Virus record (IMG/VR): IMGVR_UViG_3300020442_000007
Coordinates: 101,480-165,479 of that record
Length of the DNA: 64,000 bases
Direction: 5' to 3' (one strand)
Source of the DNA: a virus
The notes under the pieces are model-generated. The model made no database searches, was not told where the DNA came from, and saw only the letters and a program-made list of their open reading frames with translations. The translations under genes were made by a program, and so were the position numbers. Below, in pieces: positions 21,796-31,756 of this stretch (position 1 is its first letter; each line of letters begins with the position of its first letter).

Positions 21796-22305
21796 TTATC
21801 TCCTATCATTGTAGTCATAATTGTTGTTGTCCATAAACTGTCTTATTGCTTGCTCATTATTATGACATTTGTGTTGTATAGTAATTGTACCTTGTTTAAC
21901 CACTGGTGTTACAGCAGGAGGTACTCCAACTAATTCTGTATAATTAACATCTACATTGTAAACTTTATATTTGAACGGACTTAAATCTTGGCTTAATGAA
22001 AACAAATTTTTTCCGTCTGGCATTTTATGAGCTCCAATTACAGTTTGTGGAGTTTGTTCTTTATCACTTGTTTTTGCATCGCAAAAAGTAAAAACATCGT
22101 TCCATCCAGAAATGTATTTTCCTACAGCAGTAAAGCCTGTGTTAGAATTTGTAATTGTTACTGTATCATCTTCAGCAGTTCCATGTGTTGCTACAACAGA
22201 ATTTATAGTGCCTCCTGTGCCTTCAAGAAAACTTACATTTAAAACAAAGTCTACACCTCTAGTAGCTTCTGCTAAATTTTCTACTCCTCCAGTTATAGCG
22301 AACAT
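21796..22305 (-). CDS. Hypothetical protein between gp5 and PAAR
   Basis: 169-aa beta-rich ORF tightly packed in the spike operon. Confidence 0.6.
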   Translation of the reverse strand: MFAITGGVENLAEATRGVDFVLNVSFLEGTGGTINSVVATHGTAEDDTVTITNSNTGFTAVGKYISGWNDVFTFCDAKTSDKEQTPQTVIGAHKMPDGKNLFSLSQDLSPFKYKVYNVDVNYTELVGVPPAVTPVVKQGTITIQHKCHNNEQAIRQFMDNNNYDYNDRR

Positions 22306-23778
22306 TTATGTAACCAATCCTGATTGCTCAACACATTTCTTTTTCATGGTGTCGTCTGTTGCACTTTTTTCTTCAGTTTTTGTTGCAGTATCTGCCACTG
22401 TAGTTGATGTAGTGCCTTTAGCTGTACCAACAGGATTAACAATAGCAATACTTGCATCTGTTGCAATAGAATTATGCGATTCTGGAGAATAATTTTCGTG
22501 TCCTGCCCAAGGTTCGACTTGTGGTGACCTTGTAGGTGCTTTGGCATCTGTTGCTGTTGCCGCTGGAGGTCCGTTCATATCAATTTTGTCAGCTGTTTCA
22601 AGGTGGTGTTTACTTGTAATATTACTTGTTCCACCGCATGTAATTTTTCCGTCTGCACTTACTTTCACTTCCCAATTTCCGCCTGCTGTAGTTTGCTTAA
22701 TGTCTTTTGCCGCTGTTATATTAATATTCCTTCCGGCTTCAATATTAATATCCCTGTCTGCTGTAATATTGTAATCATTCTCAGTATGCACACTGACACT
22801 ATCTTTTGCGTAGATATCAATTTTTCCGTTTGATGTTAATTCAATCCATGTTGTTCCTCTTGCATTTGCAATGTAAATTAAGTCTTCAGAATTATGCATT
22901 AAAATCTGATGACCTGTTCTTGTTTGCAAACGTATTAATTCATTTCTTGGAATAGTAGGATCTCCGCCTTTTTCCATACTTTCCACATTAGCATATTCAG
23001 GTCCTGAACTAGATGCCGGACCTTTTCTTAAAAAGTTTGCATCTCCGTCATCCATTACAAATGATGAACCGCCTAACCTTGATGCAGGAACTTGTGATTG
23101 CGATCCTAAATTTCCATATTTGTATTTTGGTGCGCCTGGACGTCTATCATAAGGTCCGGGTGTACTCCAACCAAACACCATGCTAGGTAATTCTCGTCTT
23201 GCACTAGACGAAGACACACCTCTGGTATTATCGCCTATTAATCCTGCATTAGTAAGTCTAGTTTCTAGATCGGTGTTTACAGGTTTTACAAATTTCGTAG
23301 GGTCATTTCCTTTATGTTTAGCAAGTTTTTTATTATATTCACCGACAGGTAAATTTTTTGATTTATCTTTATCGTTGAAAGTAGTTGATGCATATCCTGG
23401 AATTTGAAAATTCATAAATTCATCTGGTACACATCCAATCCAATATCCCATAGATATGTTACCCTCAACAAATATTACTAAAACAATATTTCCCACATCC
23501 GGTGGTACTGCCCACATACCATAGCTTTGTTGTGAAAACTTGTATCCTTCATTTTCTGTGTTAGCATTAAATGGAGTTACGCCGTAAAATCCTGGTAAGT
23601 ATTTTACTTGTGCAGTTTGCCCTGTAGTTTCAGCATTGTTACCTTCTTCAGTAACCTTAAGAATTTCTACTTCTAGACCTCCCATATACGTAGTATCTAG
23701 ATGACTTACTATTCTAGCTAAAAAAGGACCAGGATCACCTTTAAGATCTATACTACTAGTTCTTGATTCAACAGCCAT
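22306..23778 (-). CDS. gp5: Baseplate central spike, gp5/VgrG-like (OB-fold plus beta-helix, no lysozyme domain seen)
   Basis: YGMWAVPPDVGNIVLVIF...GYWIG OB-fold, RLQTRTGHQILM, TTWIELTSNGKIDIYA and beta-helix repeats; upstream of PAAR. Confidence 0.8.
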   Translation of the reverse strand: MAVESRTSSIDLKGDPGPFLARIVSHLDTTYMGGLEVEILKVTEEGNNAETTGQTAQVKYLPGFYGVTPFNANTENEGYKFSQQSYGMWAVPPDVGNIVLVIFVEGNISMGYWIGCVPDEFMNFQIPGYASTTFNDKDKSKNLPVGEYNKKLAKHKGNDPTKFVKPVNTDLETRLTNAGLIGDNTRGVSSSSARRELPSMVFGWSTPGPYDRRPGAPKYKYGNLGSQSQVPASRLGGSSFVMDDGDANFLRKGPASSSGPEYANVESMEKGGDPTIPRNELIRLQTRTGHQILMHNSEDLIYIANARGTTWIELTSNGKIDIYAKDSVSVHTENDYNITADRDINIEAGRNINITAAKDIKQTTAGGNWEVKVSADGKITCGGTSNITSKHHLETADKIDMNGPPAATATDAKAPTRSPQVEPWAGHENYSPESHNSIATDASIAIVNPVGTAKGTTSTTVADTATKTEEKSATDDTMKKKCVEQSGLVT

Positions 23779-26189
23779 TACGTGCCTCCATGGTCGATTT
23801 GATTTTCTTCATTACCTTCAATATAAAGAGCATTCTGCGATTTAGATGGTTGTGTAGGATTAGTTATTTCTAAGCCGTCCACTGTTTTAGTTTTTTGTGC
23901 TTGATTTTGTTCTTTCTTAGGTTCTTCCTGATTTCTACGTCTAATTAAATTTAATGTTTGTTCAAACTTACCACCACTAAATTCACTTGTGACGCCAATA
24001 CATTGGTATAATCCACTAAATGCTTTTGTAGGTATAGTTTTTCCGTTAAATTGCATAAATCCCTCATCACGTAAATCAAACGGAGTTCTAAAATTTAAAA
24101 TACAATCTATTTCTGAGCTTTGATAATCTGCACTTCCATCTTTTGTTATATTAATAAATTCAGTTTGTTCTGCTGTATAATTTCCTACACCACTATCTGT
24201 AATCCAGTACGGATCTCCCCAAATTTTTAAATCAACTTCTATTAAATCTGCTGGACTGTCTAACAAAGCTTCACTGAATTGTCTTGCTACTTGTACTTCG
24301 CTCCATTCTTGAGCTCCTCCACCAGTAGTTGTAACGGTTTTTTTAGATTTTTCTGATACTTTTGCAACCCCTTCTGGTGGTAATACTTTTGCATCTCCTT
24401 CGTTTTGTTTGTTAGGAGCTTCTTTATCCGCCTTAACAGCAGCTCCTTGTGAACTTGTCTTACTATCTTTGGATGCTTGTCCTCTTTGAGCACCAATACC
24501 TACAAAAAAAGCATTATTAAAAGTAATATCAAAGTCTAAAACATCTTTGTTTTTTCCTGTGTATATATAATTGTATTCTTTAGCAGCTTGTAGTTTTAAG
24601 TCTTCGATTTTTGGAGTAAGTTTAGTTGGCGAATTAAATCTTGCGGCATTTACTTTATAAGGCACTACCCTATATAAAAATACTTTAGGATTTTTTCCTG
24701 TTGAATCAACTGTAGCAGAATCATTACTTTCAAATACTTGAGATTCTATCTTAAACCAATCAACCATGTTATATTTGTCTGTGTTGTTAAGTCTTTGTTT
24801 TAAACTTCTTCCATATTCACTGACTGTAACAATCTCTTCGATAATATCTTGTATCTTTGTTCCAGCTTTAAATTGGAATGTTCTTGTAGTTTCAGGTTGT
24901 GAACATTTTGCTCTACATACAACTCCGTTATCCATTGTTGCTACATTAGGTTCTGTTTGCGGTTTTGCTCCTGTATCATTTTTTGATTTAACTATTTTTG
25001 CTTTACCTATGTCGTTTATATTGTCTGGATTTTCAGCATATTTACGAATTGTTTCGCCTACTTCTGACCTTTGAATTGATACACCTAAAAGTTTGTTTAT
25101 TGTTTCATCAAATTTCTTAGGCACATCGCCTGCTTGAATCCCAGCAATACTTTCAAATATTTGTTGTTTTCTTTCTTGACTTAAATCCTTTAATTCACCT
25201 TCTGGTGGATCAGAAGTAGTTGCACCTGTGTCTTCGCTGTTTGGTTTTCCTAATATCGCTTCTTTGGCACTACTTCTTTCTTTAGGAAACATAATAATAT
25301 ACTGATCTGTTTTGTTGACTTGTTTTGCTTCTTTACCTTTGAGCAATCGTTCATTAAGTACACTTGTTAAACTTTTACCTCCACTTTGTAAAACTTCTTG
25401 TACAGAAGCACCTGATAAATTTAAATCATTTTTTGCTGATTGTGCATTATCACCAAATGACTGATCATTATGTTTTACAAACGCTACATCATACGTACTA
25501 CCTTGCTCAGTAACATTAAAAGAACTTTCTATAACATGTATTGGAAAATATCTTGTTGCTCCAGGCACTAAACTAACATTTCCGTTATCGTCCCAACCTT
25601 TAAAATGTAGAGTAAGCATAAACGGAGCATCAATATAATTTTTATATCCGCAACTCAAAGCGGCTATTTGTAATGTTTCATAAAACAACCCCATGCTATA
25701 TGGTTCAAATATTTTAAATGATCCTGTTACTGCATCTGCTTGTTTAGTTCCTTTATTATGAGTAATCACTGTGGTCATTTCTATGTCATCAATGTAAAAC
25801 TCTACTCCACCTAAAGCAAGTTCTGATGCTGTCTTAACTTTTCTCGAACCTGAACCACCTGATCTACAAATAATTTTCCTAGGTCCATATTTTCTATAAG
25901 TTGCGTCTGGACGATTAAGTTCATCTACAGTCAAACAAGATAAAGTCCAAATGTAATTTACTGTTGCATAAGGTTCCAAAGCATTAGGAAAAGGTGGAGC
26001 ACCTACTGATCTGCTCATAAGTGTCCTAAAAGAATTTGTAATAAGTTCTGGTCCAGATAAAGTATTTGCTACTGTTACTACTGTCTTTGATTTAGAGGTT
26101 ATTGCACCTTTAATTTGATTCGCAGAACCTTCAACTGCACTATTCAATCCATTAATATCAATATTTGGGGATATTAAAAAAGGATCCAT
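23778..26189 (-). CDS. Baseplate hub protein (gp27/gpD-like)
   Basis: Lies between the gp53-like and gp5-like genes. Motifs FKIFEPYSMG, KEYNYIYTGKN, LKIWGDPYWI, FSGLYQCIGVTSEFSGGKFEQTL. Confidence 0.65.
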   Translation of the reverse strand: MDPFLISPNIDINGLNSAVEGSANQIKGAITSKSKTVVTVANTLSGPELITNSFRTLMSRSVGAPPFPNALEPYATVNYIWTLSCLTVDELNRPDATYRKYGPRKIICRSGGSGSRKVKTASELALGGVEFYIDDIEMTTVITHNKGTKQADAVTGSFKIFEPYSMGLFYETLQIAALSCGYKNYIDAPFMLTLHFKGWDDNGNVSLVPGATRYFPIHVIESSFNVTEQGSTYDVAFVKHNDQSFGDNAQSAKNDLNLSGASVQEVLQSGGKSLTSVLNERLLKGKEAKQVNKTDQYIIMFPKERSSAKEAILGKPNSEDTGATTSDPPEGELKDLSQERKQQIFESIAGIQAGDVPKKFDETINKLLGVSIQRSEVGETIRKYAENPDNINDIGKAKIVKSKNDTGAKPQTEPNVATMDNGVVCRAKCSQPETTRTFQFKAGTKIQDIIEEIVTVSEYGRSLKQRLNNTDKYNMVDWFKIESQVFESNDSATVDSTGKNPKVFLYRVVPYKVNAARFNSPTKLTPKIEDLKLQAAKEYNYIYTGKNKDVLDFDITFNNAFFVGIGAQRGQASKDSKTSSQGAAVKADKEAPNKQNEGDAKVLPPEGVAKVSEKSKKTVTTTGGGAQEWSEVQVARQFSEALLDSPADLIEVDLKIWGDPYWITDSGVGNYTAEQTEFINITKDGSADYQSSEIDCILNFRTPFDLRDEGFMQFNGKTIPTKAFSGLYQCIGVTSEFSGGKFEQTLNLIRRRNQEEPKKEQNQAQKTKTVDGLEITNPTQPSKSQNALYIEGNEENQIDHGGT

Positions 26190-26190
26190 G

Positions 26191-26493
26191 CTATCCTCCT
26201 AGTACTTCAGTTAATTTTGCTCCTTGAGGCAAATAAATCTTTGTACCTGTCGTCATGTCGTATACAGGATCTTTTATAATATTCATATTACGTTGGGCAA
26301 AAACCCACCATAACTTTGTTGACCCGTATAAATCATATGCTAACAAATCTGGTCTATATTGATATTGTGATTCTATTGTATATAAAATATCATCATCATA
26401 CGCTGGTACTGGCCTAATACTTAAAATATCTAAGTATTGACCGTTAACAACTTCTGTGTTAGCATATGGACTTTGATTATCATAAGTAGCCAT
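26191..26493 (-). CDS. gp53: Baseplate wedge LysM-like protein, gp53-like
   Basis: YRPDLLAYDLYGSTKLWWVFAQRN...IYLP is a gp53/tail-X LysM-like signature. Confidence 0.85.
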   Translation of the reverse strand: MATYDNQSPYANTEVVNGQYLDILSIRPVPAYDDDILYTIESQYQYRPDLLAYDLYGSTKLWWVFAQRNMNIIKDPVYDMTTGTKIYLPQGAKLTEVLGG

Positions 26494-27341
26494 TAAATAA
26501 ATCCATCATCGCTTGTAAGACTGCCTCCGTTAACAAAATCATCAAGGCTAAATCTTGCAACTTTGCGTCTGCTGTAGATTGGTTGACATGTAACTGAAAT
26601 CATACTTGAAGTAGGTACCCATGATCCTTGAGGTCCTATATCAACTTTCATGTAATCTACATCTGGTTCAAGGTTAACAGTAAAGTTTGTAATTACAACA
26701 GGAACTTTTGGCAACACATAATCTCCGTAACCTGTCAATTTTACTAATGGTGGAGGAGAACCTTGATCGCTAGTGTCTCCGTAAGCCATCTTAGTAATGG
26801 ATCTTAAAAAATGCACAGAAGCTATCCAATAAAGTCCTTCTAGACTATTTTCTATCATCCAATGTCCAGTTACAACCATTGCTTTCGGATCTGAGTTCTG
26901 ATAAGCAAAATAAGGATAATTACTATGTACAGGTGTAACAGCCTGGTATGCAGCATCATGTTGCATCATAATTTGTGGAGTATATGGAAAGACCATACCG
27001 CCTGTTTCAGCTAAAGGTGCTAATAAGGGACTGCTTTGCATTGTCGGAGGAATGCTTAATTTGACTCGCCAATCATATTCAGATGATGAACCAAACGTAG
27101 CTCCTACTATGCCCTTTGCTTTAGGATTTGCGCCGGGTAATAAATTTAAAGCCCTTGCTGCTTTTCCAAATCCTGTGTCTGATAAAAAATCAGTGACACG
27201 TTGCACTACTCCGCCCGTAACACCTTCACCTACATTTAAAGATTCAGATCCTACTGTTGCAGATACACTTGCAGCCGCATTAGCTAATTGTCCGCCGTCA
27301 GTTGCGGCTACATTTCTAATTGTTGAAAATCTTGTTGCCAT
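26493..27341 (-). CDS. Baseplate tail-tube junction/initiator protein (gp48/gp54-like)
   Basis: GGMVFPYTPQI, PPPLVKLTGYG, VPVVITNFTVNL tube-fold motifs; first gene of the baseplate operon. Confidence 0.65.
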   Translation of the reverse strand: MATRFSTIRNVAATDGGQLANAAASVSATVGSESLNVGEGVTGGVVQRVTDFLSDTGFGKAARALNLLPGANPKAKGIVGATFGSSSEYDWRVKLSIPPTMQSSPLLAPLAETGGMVFPYTPQIMMQHDAAYQAVTPVHSNYPYFAYQNSDPKAMVVTGHWMIENSLEGLYWIASVHFLRSITKMAYGDTSDQGSPPPLVKLTGYGDYVLPKVPVVITNFTVNLEPDVDYMKVDIGPQGSWVPTSSMISVTCQPIYSRRKVARFSLDDFVNGGSLTSDDGFI

Positions 27342-27363
27342 ATTTTTGGTAACTCCTATACAT

Positions 27364-27369
27364 TATTTA
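27364..27369 (-). promoter_or_regulatory. Late promoter core TAAATA for the baseplate operon
   Basis: cTAAATAatg followed by a TAGGAG RBS and ATG 27341. Confidence 0.6.
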
Positions 27370-27370
27370 G

Positions 27371-27399
27371 TTGACAAAATTAACTGCATACATTATAAT
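27371..27399 (+). promoter_or_regulatory. Consensus sigma70 promoter for gp55
   Basis: TTGACA-17 bp-TATAAT perfect match, followed by a GGAG RBS and ATG 27421. Confidence 0.9.
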
Positions 27400-27420
27400 A
27401 GAGTATAACTTGGAGCACAG

Positions 27421-28254
27421 ATGAAAAAAATAAACTACTTAAACAATAAGGATATATTATCCGAAATACATAAGTCAAAAAGCACCTTTAGTAGCTTTAC
27501 TGACGATACTTTCAGTCAATATGACATAATTTTACCAAGTTTGGATAGAATTAACATAAGAACTATTGCAGAGGCTAAACGAAATAAAGCTAAAAGACTT
27601 GGATTACAAGACTATGATAACAAAAAAGAACAAGGAATAAAGGTTAAATTAGCTGATTGTGAGGTTGATTATAGGAAAATTACCAAACAAGAACTAATTT
27701 TTAGAATAATGACATTTGATCATATTCCAGAAGAAAAAGGCAGAAAGAAAAATCCTAAAACTATTGCAGATACAAAAGTAAAGTTAAATTTTCCTCCATT
27801 CCAGCACTACAAATTTAACGATAAAGATGAGTTAATTTGTGTAGGAAAAAGCCATTGGGTAGGTGGTATGGAAAATGGTTATTTTTCAAAGACAGATGGA
27901 CAAGCTACTCCAAAATTAGCAAATATGTGGATTAAGCTATGTGAAAGATACGCTACAAGAGGAAATGTTAGAGGATATACATACAATGATGAAATGAAAG
28001 GCCAAGCTATTTTACAATTAGCACAGATTGGTTTGCAATTTGATGAATCAAAATCAAATAACCCTTTTGCATACTATACTGCGGCTGTAACAAACAGCTT
28101 TGTTCGTGTGATTAATTTAGAAAAGCGAAATCAAAATATAAGAGACGATATTTTGGAACAAAATGGTATGGATCCTAGTTACACAAGACAACATGCAGGT
28201 GAATGGGAAAGTTATATGAAAAGAGAAGCTGAACATAGAGCTAAACAAAACTAA
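27421..28254 (+). CDS. gp55: Late-transcription sigma factor, gp55-like
   Basis: NYLNNKD N-terminus and RGYTYNDEMKGQAILQL...FDESKSNNPFAYYT...NSFVRVINLEKR match gp55; precedes gp47/gp46 as in T4. Confidence 0.88.
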   Translation: MKKINYLNNKDILSEIHKSKSTFSSFTDDTFSQYDIILPSLDRINIRTIAEAKRNKAKRLGLQDYDNKKEQGIKVKLADCEVDYRKITKQELIFRIMTFDHIPEEKGRKKNPKTIADTKVKLNFPPFQHYKFNDKDELICVGKSHWVGGMENGYFSKTDGQATPKLANMWIKLCERYATRGNVRGYTYNDEMKGQAILQLAQIGLQFDESKSNNPFAYYTAAVTNSFVRVINLEKRNQNIRDDILEQNGMDPSYTRQHAGEWESYMKREAEHRAKQN

Positions 28255-28257
28255 CTC

Positions 28258-28286
28258 TTGACATTCTTTCAATAAGACTTTATAAT
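28258..28286 (+). promoter_or_regulatory. Consensus sigma70 promoter for gp47-gp46
   Basis: TTGACA-17 bp-TATAAT perfect match, followed by an AAGGAG RBS. Confidence 0.9.
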
Positions 28287-28312
28287 AACACAAGAAATAC
28301 AAGGAGTAATGT

Positions 28313-29323
28313 TTGTTTAAGAAAGCGGCAGTTTTTACTGATATCCATCTGGGATTAAAAGGTAATTCAAAAGTACATAATGATGATTGTGAACAATTTG
28401 TAGATTGGTTTATCCAAAATGCAAAAGATAACAACTGTGAAACAGGAATTTTTTGTGGTGATTGGCACCACAACAGAAATAGTTTAAACTTAACTACTAT
28501 GGATGCTACTATCCGTAGTATGGAAAAGTTAGGTAAAGCATTTGAACAATTTTTCTTTTTTGATGGTAATCATGATTTATATTACAAAGACAAAAGAGAC
28601 GTAAATTCAACAGCATTTGCAAAACATATTCCTGGTATAACTTTTATTGATGAAATAACAACCAAAGAAGATGTAACCTTAGTTCCTTGGCTTGTAGGAG
28701 ACGAATGGAAAAAAATTAAAGACATAAAAAGCAAGTACATGTTTGGACATTTTGAATTACCTAGCTTCTATATGAATGCAATGGTACAGATGCCAGACAC
28801 AGGAGAACTAAAAGCAGAACATTTTAAACATCAAGAATATGTTTTCAGTGGTCATTTTCATAAAAGACAACAACAAGGAAAAATACACTATATTGGTAAT
28901 GCATTTCCACACAATTATGCAGATGCCTGGGACGACAAACGTGGTATGATGATTCTTGATCGTGAAAACAATAAAGAACCTGCATACATTAACTGGGACG
29001 ACTGTCCAAAGTACAGAACAACTACCTTAAGTAAACTATTAGATCCTAAACAAGACATTATTAAAAGCAAAATGTATCTAAGAGTAACCATTGATGTTCC
29101 TATTAGCTATGAAGAAGCAAGTTTTATTAAAGAAACATTTATAAACCAACACAAATGTAGAGAAATTTCCTTAATACCACAAAAACAAATAGAAGAAATA
29201 TCAACTGAATTAGATATTCAACAATTTGAATCAGTTGACCAAATTGTTGCCGGTGAAATAGCCGCAATAGACTCAGATAACTTTAACAAAAAGACACTTA
29301 TGGACATATATAACGACCTATGA
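28313..29323 (+). CDS. gp47: Recombination nuclease, Mre11/SbcD-like
   Basis: Metallophosphoesterase motifs DIH, GD, GNHD, GHFE, SGHFH. TTG start. Confidence 0.93.
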   Translation: MFKKAAVFTDIHLGLKGNSKVHNDDCEQFVDWFIQNAKDNNCETGIFCGDWHHNRNSLNLTTMDATIRSMEKLGKAFEQFFFFDGNHDLYYKDKRDVNSTAFAKHIPGITFIDEITTKEDVTLVPWLVGDEWKKIKDIKSKYMFGHFELPSFYMNAMVQMPDTGELKAEHFKHQEYVFSGHFHKRQQQGKIHYIGNAFPHNYADAWDDKRGMMILDRENNKEPAYINWDDCPKYRTTTLSKLLDPKQDIIKSKMYLRVTIDVPISYEEASFIKETFINQHKCREISLIPQKQIEEISTELDIQQFESVDQIVAGEIAAIDSDNFNKKTLMDIYNDL

Positions 29324-31092
29324 TAGAAATAAAAGATTTAACTGTAAAAAACTTCATGAGTGTGGGCAATCAAACCCAGGCTGTAGATTTTAATCAACAA
29401 CAACTTACTTTGGTACTTGGAGAAAACTTAGATCAAGGTGGTGATGATAGTGGTTCACGTAACGGAACTGGCAAAACTACTATTATCAACGCATTGAGCT
29501 ATGCTCTGTACGGACAAGCACTAACAAATATCAGAAGAAACAATTTAATTAACAAAACTAACAGCAAAGGTATGTTAGTTACACTTCATTTTGAAAAAAA
29601 TGGTGTAGATTATAGAATTGAAAGAGGACGCAGTCCAAACTTACTTAAATTTTATATTAATAACGAAGAACAAGAAATGGTTGACGAGTCTCAAGGAGAT
29701 TCTCGTAAAACACAAGAGTATATTAATGATTTATTAGACATGAGTCATGATATGTTCAAACATATTGTTGCACTTAACACATATACAGAACCATTCCTTG
29801 CTATGAAGCAAAATGATCAACGAGCGATTATAGAACAGTTACTTGGTATAACTATATTATCTGAAAAAGCAGAGTCGTTAAAAGAACAAATCAAAAAAAC
29901 AAAAGAATTAATTACAGAAGAAACGCTAAAAATAGAAGCAATCCAAACTGCTAATGAAAAAATTAATTCAACAATTGAAAATTTACAAGGAACCCAAAGA
30001 GCTTGGTTAGCAAAAAAAGAACAAGACCTTGCAAAACTACAAAGCAGTATAGAAGAACTAGAACACTTAGATATTGACAACGAATTAGAATTTCATGAAA
30101 GGTTGTCAAAATGGAACGAACACAATAACGAAATAACGGCTCTTAAAAAAGAATTAGGAACACTAGAGCCAGCACTACAACGTGCAGAAAAGTCTGTAGA
30201 TAAAGTTGTTAAAGACATCGCAGATTTAGACAATGCTGTTTGTTATACTTGTGGTCAATCATTACATGCTGACAAAAAAGATGAAATACTCAGCAAAAAA
30301 AATAAAGAACTAGAAGATGCAAAAGCGTATGCAGAAGAAATAAAATCTAAATGTACTGATGTAATGACATCTTTAGACAAAATTGGAGATATAAATGGTC
30401 GGCCAGATACATTTTATGAAACTGCAAAAGAAGCATATGAACACAGACAGAATGTTGAAACACTCAAACAATCTTTTACAAGTAGACAAGAAGAAATTGA
30501 TCCTTATCAACAGCAAATTGATGAATTAAACAATAGTGCTATACAAGAAATCAATTGGGAACCAGTAAATAGGCTTGATAACTTTAAGGAACATCAAGAA
30601 TTTTTGTTAAAACTACTAACAAACAAAGACAGTTTTATTCGTAAAAAAATTATTGATCAAAATTTAGCATATCTAAATAATAGATTAACTTATTTCTTAG
30701 ATAAACTTGGTCTTCCGCATCAAGTTGTGTTCCAAAATGACTTAACTGTAGAAATTACACAATTAGGACAAGATTTAGACTTTGATAATTTGAGTAGAGG
30801 TGAAAGAAACAGATTAATATTAGGTATGAGCTTTGCTTTCCGTGATGTTTGGGAAAGTTTATATCAAAAAATCAACTTATTGTTTATAGATGAGTTGATT
30901 GATAGCGGTATGGATACTGCTGGTGTTGAAGGATCGCTTGCAGTACTGAAAAAAATGGGTCGTGAGGGTGATAAAAATGTATATCTCATATCTCACAAGG
31001 ATGAACTTGTTGGTCGTGTGAATCATGTACTAAAAGTTGTAAAAGAAAATGGCTTTACAAGCTATGAAAATGATATTGAAATAGTAGAATAG
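29320..31092 (+). CDS. gp46: Recombination ATPase, Rad50/SbcC-like
   Basis: KNFMSVGN, Walker A NGTGKTT, coiled coil with CYTC zinc hook, LSRGE signature, LFIDE Walker B, ISH. Confidence 0.95.
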   Translation: MIEIKDLTVKNFMSVGNQTQAVDFNQQQLTLVLGENLDQGGDDSGSRNGTGKTTIINALSYALYGQALTNIRRNNLINKTNSKGMLVTLHFEKNGVDYRIERGRSPNLLKFYINNEEQEMVDESQGDSRKTQEYINDLLDMSHDMFKHIVALNTYTEPFLAMKQNDQRAIIEQLLGITILSEKAESLKEQIKKTKELITEETLKIEAIQTANEKINSTIENLQGTQRAWLAKKEQDLAKLQSSIEELEHLDIDNELEFHERLSKWNEHNNEITALKKELGTLEPALQRAEKSVDKVVKDIADLDNAVCYTCGQSLHADKKDEILSKKNKELEDAKAYAEEIKSKCTDVMTSLDKIGDINGRPDTFYETAKEAYEHRQNVETLKQSFTSRQEEIDPYQQQIDELNNSAIQEINWEPVNRLDNFKEHQEFLLKLLTNKDSFIRKKIIDQNLAYLNNRLTYFLDKLGLPHQVVFQNDLTVEITQLGQDLDFDNLSRGERNRLILGMSFAFRDVWESLYQKINLLFIDELIDSGMDTAGVEGSLAVLKKMGREGDKNVYLISHKDELVGRVNHVLKVVKENGFTSYENDIEIVE

Positions 31093-31100
31093 GTGTTAAT

Positions 31101-31349
31101 ATGTCTGATGATGTGCATGATAAACTTACAAAAGCATATTTAGAATACTATAAAGCAAATGAAGCATTTGAAGCAAGACGCTCACATAGAACTCATGCAA
31201 GTAGCAGGCGTTGGTTACGCGAAATAAGATCTCTGGCTAAAGAACGTATGGAAGAAATACATCATACATTTAAAGCCAAGAAAGACCAGCAGGATAACGA
31301 CCTCCAGGTAAGTACAGAATGCAATGGACTTACCGAGGAGACAAAGTAG
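31101..31349 (+). CDS. Small basic helical protein, possibly Hc1 (histone H1-like) family
   Basis: 82 aa; the pattern YLEYYKANEAFE....ASSRRWLREIRSLAKERMEEI resembles phage Hc1-like helical hairpins (from recall). Confidence 0.5.
   Translation: MSDDVHDKLTKAYLEYYKANEAFEARRSHRTHASSRRWLREIRSLAKERMEEIHHTFKAKKDQQDNDLQVSTECNGLTEETK
31309..31314 (+). promoter_or_regulatory. Possible late promoter variant TAAGTA for the GIY-YIG gene and downstream RNA
   Basis: gTAAGTAcagaATG: one mismatch to TAAATA, 4 nt before an ATG that has no SD. Confidence 0.4.
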
Positions 31350-31753
31350 AAGAATTACCAGAAGATTGCGAAGGATTTGTATATCTAATAACCAATCTAA
31401 CTAATAATCGGAAGTACATAGGCAAAAAATTAGCAAAATTTAAGACAAGTAAGCCACCACTCAAAGGCAAAGTTAATAAAAGGCGCGGATATAAAGAAAG
31501 TGATTGGAGAGACTATTGGGGATCTTCAGATCATTTGAATGCAGACGTGCTAAAACTAGGCAAAGACAACTTTACTAGAGAAATTTTACATTATTGTCCA
31601 AGCAGAGGCGTATTAAGTTACATAGAGGCAAAGGAACAGTTTGATCGTAGAGTACTTGAAACCGATGAATACTACAACGGAATCATTAATGTACGAGTAG
31701 GCAGTTCAAAAATCTTAAAAGAACATCTCAAAAACACTTTAGGCAAGCTATAG
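31319..31753 (+). CDS. Stand-alone GIY-YIG nuclease (SegE-like catalytic domain only)
   Basis: GFVYLITNLTNNRKYIGKK, YWGSS, FTREIL, conserved E in YIEAKEQF and YYN. 144 aa with no appended DNA-binding domain. Confidence 0.88.
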   Translation: MQWTYRGDKVEELPEDCEGFVYLITNLTNNRKYIGKKLAKFKTSKPPLKGKVNKRRGYKESDWRDYWGSSDHLNADVLKLGKDNFTREILHYCPSRGVLSYIEAKEQFDRRVLETDEYYNGIINVRVGSSKILKEHLKNTLGKL

Positions 31754-31756
31754 AAC

